Origin: Candidatus Doudnabacteria bacterium
GTDB lineage: Bacteria; Patescibacteriota; Doudnabacteria; UBA920; O2-02-FULL-48-8
Direction: 5' to 3'
Assembly: GCA_025450105.1 (NCBI GenBank)
Contig: JANWIA010000025.1
Span: forward strand, 1-56,979
Length of the DNA stretch: 56,979 nt
In this document: positions 51,549 through 56,979 of the stretch, in pieces
Layout of the letters: every line of letters begins with the position of its first letter
Position numbering within the stretch: the stretch's first letter is position 1
The notes under the pieces: model-generated
Told to the model about the DNA's origin: nothing
Databases searched by the model: none
What the model saw: the letters and a program-made list of their open reading frames with translations, nothing else
Made by a program: the position numbers and the translations under genes

Positions 51549-52613
51549 ATGACAAAGAAATTTATTTGGTTGATGGTTCTCATAGCATTTTTTGTTGGGG
51601 CAGCAGGCAGTATTTTTTTCGACCGGGCGCTATTCCCATACTTGTCGAGTAAACCTGGCCTGTCGTTTTTGAGTAAGCTTACTACCACCTCATCTATTAT
51701 TATCAATCGTCGGGAGCAAGTTCAAATTGATGAAGGCGTAAACATTACCGATCTTGCTAAGCAGGCCAGTTCGTTTACGGTTTCGATTTACACCGGTTCC
51801 GGTGCCAATCTTTCTTTGGCTGGTGCGGGAATCATTTTAACCTCGGACGGTGTAATTATGACTTCGCGAAATGTCGTCGGAAATTTTAAAGATATGACAG
51901 TTGTGCTCAATGACGGCCGAAGTTTTCCGGGACAGTTGCGGGCCTTGGATCGCAAGTCTGATGCGGCGATCATAACGATCACGGCAAATAACCTTCCAGT
52001 TGCCGAATTCAGTGACGCAAACAATTTGCAGATTGGTCAACGCGTGTTTGGTTTGGGAACGACTTCCAATGATTTTACAAGATATTTTAATTCAGGAATT
52101 GTCGTCCGCAACGTTGTTAACGGGACAAGCTTAACCAAGGTTTACAACACGGAAGTAATTGAGGAGACTTTTTCGGCATCGAATGAGGCAAGCGCCAATT
52201 TTGTTGGCGGGCCGATTGTTGATATTGAAGGCAAGGTCAGTGGCATGTTTGCTGACGCTGCGGGAAAAATATTAACTTCCGAAGGCTTGAACCAGGCCCT
52301 GAGTACATATTTGGGATCAGGTAAAATTGCCCGTCCATATGCTGGTATCCAATACCTTTCCTATTCAGAAATTTTAGCGGGATTAAAAGGATTTACGACT
52401 GCCGGGGCGCTTGTAACTGGATTAGATGAAGCATCGGGTGCCAAAAAATCCGGTTTGCGGATCGGAGATTATATCACCGCGGTCGAAGGGCAAAGCATTG
52501 CCACAACTAGTTTTGAAAGGTTAATCAACCAGCACGCGGCTGGTCAAACAAAGATTACGGTTATCCGCGACAAAGTCCCGACAGAAATTATTTTTAATCT
52601 GGAGGCTCGATAA
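51549..52613 (+). CDS. HtrA/DegP-like S1C fold plus PDZ protein lacking the catalytic His and Ser
   Basis: TM anchor. GAGIILTSDGVIMTSRNVV has N where His is expected. DAAIITI keeps the Asp. ANFVGGPIV replaces GNSGGP. C-terminal PDZ (GLRIGDYITAVEG). Confidence 0.75.
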   Translation: MTKKFIWLMVLIAFFVGAAGSIFFDRALFPYLSSKPGLSFLSKLTTTSSIIINRREQVQIDEGVNITDLAKQASSFTVSIYTGSGANLSLAGAGIILTSDGVIMTSRNVVGNFKDMTVVLNDGRSFPGQLRALDRKSDAAIITITANNLPVAEFSDANNLQIGQRVFGLGTTSNDFTRYFNSGIVVRNVVNGTSLTKVYNTEVIEETFSASNEASANFVGGPIVDIEGKVSGMFADAAGKILTSEGLNQALSTYLGSGKIARPYAGIQYLSYSEILAGLKGFTTAGALVTGLDEASGAKKSGLRIGDYITAVEGQSIATTSFERLINQHAAGQTKITVIRDKVPTEIIFNLEAR

Positions 52614-53023
52614 TGGACGATTGTATTTTTTGCAAAATCGTTAAAGGAGAAATTCCGTCATCTAAAGTTTACGAGGATAATGATGTTTTTGCATTCCTGG
52701 ATTTGCGGCCATCAAGCCGTGGTCATACTTTAGTCGTGCCGAAAGTTCATACAGCGGATTTTTTAGAAACTTCGGACATGGAATTGATCAAAACAATTGT
52801 TAAAGTAAAGAAAATTGCCCAAGGAGTAATGGACGGCACGGGCGCGGCCGGATTCAATTTAAACGTCAACACCAAACCGGCAGCAGGCCAGGTAATTTTC
52901 CATTTGCATTTTCACATTATTCCACGATATGAACATGACGGTTTGCATTTGTTCCCGCAACACGAATCTGAAACCAAAACGCGCACCGAGCTTGCCGAAC
53001 AGATAAGCAAATACATCAAATGA
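52613..53023 (+). CDS. HIT-family nucleotide hydrolase
   Basis: CIFCKI... and the HLHFHIIP histidine triad. Confidence 0.9.
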   Translation: MDDCIFCKIVKGEIPSSKVYEDNDVFAFLDLRPSSRGHTLVVPKVHTADFLETSDMELIKTIVKVKKIAQGVMDGTGAAGFNLNVNTKPAAGQVIFHLHFHIIPRYEHDGLHLFPQHESETKTRTELAEQISKYIK

Positions 53024-54024
53024 AATATTTAGTCACCGGCGGCGCCGGATTTATCGGATCAAATTTTATCCGATTTATTTTTGGCAAATATCGGGATGCG
53101 CAAATTGTGAATCTCGATAAGTTAACCTACGCCGGAAATTTAGCGAACCTTAAGGATTTAGAAAATCATCCGAACTATAAATTCATCAAAGGCGATATTA
53201 CTGATCCTAAATTGATGGATGAGCTTGTATCTGCATGTGACATTGTCGTGAATTTTGCCGCGGAGACGCACGTTGACCGGTCTATCTTAGGACCGGCGGA
53301 ATTTGTCCAAACGAATATTGTTGGCACGCACGTTTTGCTCGATGCCGTTAAGAAGCATGACAAAAGGATCCATCATATTTCCACTGATGAAGTTTTTGGT
53401 TCATTGAAATTGAATGATAATGCTAGATTCAACGAGACAACCCCGTATGACCCATCCAGTCCCTATTCCGCGTCCAAAGCTTCTTCCGATCATTTAGTCC
53501 GAGCTTATGTACGGACTTTTAGAGTTAAGGCCACGATCAGCAATTGCTCAAATAATTACGGCCCGTACCAATTTATTGAAAAATTGATCCCGATTATTAT
53601 TTTGCACGCGGTTGAAGATAAAAAAATTCCGGTATATGGGAAAGGCGAAAATGTCCGCGACTGGATCCAGGTTGAAGATCACTGCCATGCGATTGATCTA
53701 ATCATCAGTAAGGGAAAGATCGGTGAAACATATTTGGTTGGCGGTAACGCTGAAGAATCTAACATCAATATCGTCAAAATGATTTTGAAGCAAATGGGTA
53801 AGCCTGAATCGTTGATAGAATTTGTCACAGATCGAAAAGGCCACGACCTCCGTTATGCGATTGATTCGGAAAAAATTGAAAAAGAATTAGGTTTTAGTAG
53901 AAAATATGATTTGGCAACAGGATTGAAGGAAACAGTTGACTGGTATTTAGCAAATCAAGGATGGGTTGAAGCGTTGAGAAATAAGGACTACCAAAAATAT
54001 TATGAGCAACAGTATAAGCGATAA
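53020..54024 (+). CDS. rfbB: dTDP-glucose 4,6-dehydratase
   Basis: GGAGFIGSN, STDEVFG, YSASK. Confidence 0.95.
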   Translation: MKYLVTGGAGFIGSNFIRFIFGKYRDAQIVNLDKLTYAGNLANLKDLENHPNYKFIKGDITDPKLMDELVSACDIVVNFAAETHVDRSILGPAEFVQTNIVGTHVLLDAVKKHDKRIHHISTDEVFGSLKLNDNARFNETTPYDPSSPYSASKASSDHLVRAYVRTFRVKATISNCSNNYGPYQFIEKLIPIIILHAVEDKKIPVYGKGENVRDWIQVEDHCHAIDLIISKGKIGETYLVGGNAEESNINIVKMILKQMGKPESLIEFVTDRKGHDLRYAIDSEKIEKELGFSRKYDLATGLKETVDWYLANQGWVEALRNKDYQKYYEQQYKR

Positions 54025-54559
54025 AATTCAGGTTGAGGAAACTCCACTGCCGGGACTGCTCAAGTTCAACTTACCAATTATGGAAGATGAGCGCGGATCA
54101 TTCCAGGAAAAATTCCAGAAAGAAAAATTAGCCGCACTTGGTCTGCCAAAAGAATTTGTGGTGGTCCAGCAAAACGTTTCATTTAATAATAAGCGGGGAA
54201 CTACGCGCGGGCTTCATGCCGAGCCTTGGGACAAGCTCGTTTCATTAATCAACGGCAAAGCTTTTGCGGCGTTTGTCGATCTCCGAAAAGAAAACTTCGG
54301 TAAAATGTTTATTTGTGAGATTACTCCGAACGTTGCAGTATTTATTCCTCAAGGTGTGGCCAATTCATTCCAAACGCTAGAACCTAACGTTTATTATTCT
54401 TACCTGATTAATAGTCATTGGTCGCCGGATGTAAAGTACAAGTTTTTGAACCTTGCCGATCCGGATTTAAACATTGCCTGGCCGATTTCATTATCAGATG
54501 CCATAATTTCAGAGAAAGACAAGAACCATCCAATGATGAAAGACATCCAACCATTTTAA
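54002..54559 (+). CDS. rfbC: dTDP-4-dehydrorhamnose 3,5-epimerase
   Basis: DERGSF...RGLH cupin pattern. 23-nt overlap with rfbB. Confidence 0.9.
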   Translation: MSNSISDKIQVEETPLPGLLKFNLPIMEDERGSFQEKFQKEKLAALGLPKEFVVVQQNVSFNNKRGTTRGLHAEPWDKLVSLINGKAFAAFVDLRKENFGKMFICEITPNVAVFIPQGVANSFQTLEPNVYYSYLINSHWSPDVKYKFLNLADPDLNIAWPISLSDAIISEKDKNHPMMKDIQPF

Positions 54560-54560
54560 T

Positions 54561-55391
54561 ATGAAAAAGATTTTAATTATTGGTGCAAAAGGGAATTTAG
54601 GGACAGCCTTGGCAGAAGTTTATGTTGATGCCAATCCTTTGCTTTGGGATAAGGATGAAATTGATATTACCGATGAGGATCAGGTGATTGAGAAAATTTC
54701 CGCCGCCCAACCCGAAATCGTGTATAATTGCGCCGCATATAATGCCGTGGATAAGGCAGAGGAAGAAGGCGGTGTGGCCGACATGGTTAACGGTTATGGC
54801 CCGGGGAATTTGGCACGCATTTGCGATAAAATTGGCGCCATCCTAGTACACTTTAGTTCTGGTTACGTATTTGATGGTCAAAAATCGGAAGGATACAATG
54901 AAGAGGATAAGACTAACCCGATTAGCGCTTACGGCCATTCCAAACGATTAGGAGAGGTTGAGGTTCAGCAGCATGCGGAAAAGCATTACCTGGTTCGAAC
55001 ATCCATGTTATATGGCCCGCCTACACAGGGCAAAAAAAGTTTTATCGACATTATGCTCGACATGGCCAAAGAAAAGAAAATGATCAATGCGGTCGATGAT
55101 GAATTCGGCCAGCCAACGTATGTCAAAGATTTGGCGCAAGCGCTTGTTTTCCTCACCGAAGAAGAAAAGCCTTTTGGCACCTACCACATTACCAATTCTG
55201 GAATGGCCAGTTGGTACGATTGGGCCCGGGAAATTTTTGCGGTCAAAGGGATTAAGCCGAACATGGCCCAGATTCACAGCGAAGGCTTAAAGCGGGCGGC
55301 CAGACGACCGAAGTACGGAATTTTGAATAACACGCGATTCATCGAACTCCGCCCCTGGACTGAAGCATTAAAAGAATATTTAACAAAATAA
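54561..55391 (+). CDS. rfbD: dTDP-4-dehydrorhamnose reductase
   Basis: ILIIGAKGNLG..., YGHSKRLGE, PTYVKDLA. Confidence 0.9.
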   Translation: MKKILIIGAKGNLGTALAEVYVDANPLLWDKDEIDITDEDQVIEKISAAQPEIVYNCAAYNAVDKAEEEGGVADMVNGYGPGNLARICDKIGAILVHFSSGYVFDGQKSEGYNEEDKTNPISAYGHSKRLGEVEVQQHAEKHYLVRTSMLYGPPTQGKKSFIDIMLDMAKEKKMINAVDDEFGQPTYVKDLAQALVFLTEEEKPFGTYHITNSGMASWYDWAREIFAVKGIKPNMAQIHSEGLKRAARRPKYGILNNTRFIELRPWTEALKEYLTK

Positions 55392-55392
55392 T

Positions 55393-55731
55393 ATGAAAAA
55401 AATTGCAGTATTGATAATGTTTCTAGGAGCAATAGCTCTGATGTTAGGTGAGGCTTTAATACCAGAGATTCACGGATTCCTTAATGGAGCTGTGCCTCTA
55501 AATTATTCTGATTCAGGGATTCCGGGATATTATTACGTTATGAGTTTTGGATTATTTATTGTCGGGTTGCTTTTACTTGCTGTAGATAAATCAAAAGATC
55601 CTAGACCAATAATTCATTCTCAACCAATAACGGTTTCAAGCATAATGAATATTATTATCTATATTGCGGTATTAATAGTAATCATTAGTTGTATTGTTAG
55701 TTTTTTTGTATATAACGCCGTTCCTATTTAA
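55393..55731 (+). CDS. small membrane protein inserted in the rfb operon
   Basis: 112 aa with three hydrophobic helices. AT-rich. Confidence 0.5.
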   Translation: MKKIAVLIMFLGAIALMLGEALIPEIHGFLNGAVPLNYSDSGIPGYYYVMSFGLFIVGLLLLAVDKSKDPRPIIHSQPITVSSIMNIIIYIAVLIVIISCIVSFFVYNAVPI

Positions 55732-55740
55732 TAAAAAAAC

Positions 55741-56457
55741 ATGAAAGGCATTATTTTATCGGGTGGACATGGCACAAGGCTTTATCCTTTAACTAAAGTT
55801 ACAAGCAAGCAGTTATTGCCGGTCTACAACAAACCCATGATCATGTACCCGCTTGAGACTTTGCTCAAGGCGGGGATTCGGGACATCCTAATAATTGTTG
55901 CGCCAGACCATGCTGGTGATTATTTAAAGTTACTGGGCAGTGGCAAGGAATACGGGGCCCGGTTTTCTTACGAAGTCCAAGATAAACCGGAAGGTTTGGC
56001 TCAAGCTTTCCTCATCGGAAAAGAATTTATTAAAGGCGATAATGTTTGCATGATCCTCGGCGACAATATTTTTGAGGATGATGTTTCCAAGACCATTAGA
56101 AAGTTCAAATCCGGGGCGCAGGTCTTTGCCAAAAAGGTTAGTGACCCGGAACGCTTTGGGGTTGTTAAATTTGATGATAAAATGAAAGCAATCCAGATTG
56201 AAGAGAAACCAAAGAAGTTTTTGTCCAAATATGCGGTTACCGGGCTTTATGTATATGATAAACAGATTGTTCAGGTCGCCCGCAGCCTCAAGCCATCCGG
56301 GCGTGGTGAACTGGAAATCACTGATGTTAACCAGCGGTATTTGGAACAAGGGCAATTAAAGGTTCAGGTCCTGGATGGTGATTGGATTGATGCCGGGACA
56401 TTTGAATCGCTGTACCGTGCCACATCATTAGTTAGAAAAAAACAACAAAAGAAATAA
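55741..56457 (+). CDS. rfbA: glucose-1-phosphate thymidylyltransferase (short form)
   Basis: MKGIILSGGHGTRLYPLT...KQLLPVYNKPMI signature. Confidence 0.92.
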   Translation: MKGIILSGGHGTRLYPLTKVTSKQLLPVYNKPMIMYPLETLLKAGIRDILIIVAPDHAGDYLKLLGSGKEYGARFSYEVQDKPEGLAQAFLIGKEFIKGDNVCMILGDNIFEDDVSKTIRKFKSGAQVFAKKVSDPERFGVVKFDDKMKAIQIEEKPKKFLSKYAVTGLYVYDKQIVQVARSLKPSGRGELEITDVNQRYLEQGQLKVQVLDGDWIDAGTFESLYRATSLVRKKQQKK

Positions 56458-56460
56458 TTT

Positions 56461-56979
56461 ATGCGTCCGCTCCTAAGCGAATACAAACAAAAAGTTTTAT
56501 CAACAGTGTTGGCAACAATCGTGACCTTGCTTGGTTTTGAAGTCCTTAATTATATTTTGGGACGAACCTACCAGTTGCAGACTTTTGCTGCTGTTTCGCT
56601 ATACGTCTACGCTTTCCACTTTTTTTGGTTGACCTTCATGTTTGATCTGCACTTTAAGAAGCGGGGTGTGTTGGCCTATTTTTCCCCTGACCATAAAGGT
56701 GTGATGTTGCTCTGGAAAGGTTTTGTTGAGCGCGTCAGACATATGCTCAACTGGCACTACTTTACGCATTACCTGAATTTTTTAATTCTGCCGGGAATCG
56801 TTTACTGGTCTGTAATTCTTTTATTGTCCATTAACCCTTTCGATGCCAATTTAAAACAGGCAATTATATTAATTAGTACTGCCTGTCTATCGGTAATCTA
56901 CTGGCACTTCAAGGATATCTTTAGCAAGAATTTAGAATTGCATGATTTTGGTTTCAAGATTCTGAGCATGGTAAAGTTG
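56461..56979 (+). CDS. polytopic membrane protein, 3'-truncated by the window end
   Basis: Open frame from ATG 56461 to the last base (173 codons), hydrophobic throughout. Not in the ORF track because it has no stop. Confidence 0.5.
   Translation, partial: MRPLLSEYKQKVLSTVLATIVTLLGFEVLNYILGRTYQLQTFAAVSLYVYAFHFFWLTFMFDLHFKKRGVLAYFSPDHKGVMLLWKGFVERVRHMLNWHYFTHYLNFLILPGIVYWSVILLLSINPFDANLKQAIILISTACLSVIYWHFKDIFSKNLELHDFGFKILSMVKL

Noticed and set aside
1-56979. Alternative genetic code (UGA, UAG or UAA reassignment)
   Set aside because: All three stops terminate many long, well-conserved ORFs at the expected lengths. Only two isolated in-frame stops exist. An intact RF1 (prfA) is present.

Overview
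Gene-dense bacterial chromosomal segment of about 57 kb with moderate to low G+C. It uses the standard genetic code: TGA, TAA and TAG all end long ORFs. Genes often overlap by 1-4 nt (TAATG or ATGA junctions), and most core genes have no recognisable Shine-Dalgarno (SD) sequence. Recognisable content:
- Translation: prmC-prfA, rpmE, rpsB-tsf, rpmG, rplJ-rplL, aspS, a ybaK-like gene, and five tRNAs (Tyr-GUA, Thr-UGU, Trp-CCA, Thr-GGU, Glu-CUC).
- Division and cell wall: mraZ-rsmH-ftsL-like-ftsI-murF, mltG, lgt.
- Chromosome: scpA, scpB, HU.
- dTDP-rhamnose synthesis: rfbB, rfbC, rfbD, rfbA.
- Signalling: a response regulator with two histidine kinases, and a MASE1-like GGDEF-EAL protein.
- Sugar use: GH1 beta-glucosidase, a DMT transporter and a clan-A glycosidase.
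- An operon of secreted or membrane proteins ending in a protein with a T4SS-pilin-like C-terminus.
The small genes, the AspRS without a GAD domain, the pilin-like domain and the SD-poor core genes suggest a CPR/Patescibacteria-type genome. This is inference, not proven.
Most interesting observations:
1. Seven dispersed cassettes of ORFans with no recognisable homology. They look G+C-richer by eye and have canonical AGGAGG-type SDs, mostly GTG or TTG starts, and mostly their own promoter- and terminator-like signals.
2. One of these cassettes (15.85-17.85 kb) encodes a stand-alone Cas4/RecB-type PD-(D/E)XK nuclease with a Cys-rich C-terminal extension, plus two small membrane ORFs.
3. Exact duplicates of the 3' ends of tRNA-Tyr and tRNA-Trp lie 110-145 bp downstream of the intact genes.
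4. Single in-frame stop codons interrupt aspS (TAA) and a glycosidase (TAG).
5. An HtrA-like protein lacks the catalytic His and Ser.
6. The conserved rpmG...rplJL...rpoB neighbourhood is broken up by accessory DNA.
No CRISPR array, rRNA, transposase or integrase was seen. All calls come from reading the sequence and ORF translations. No database search or numeric G+C calculation was done.
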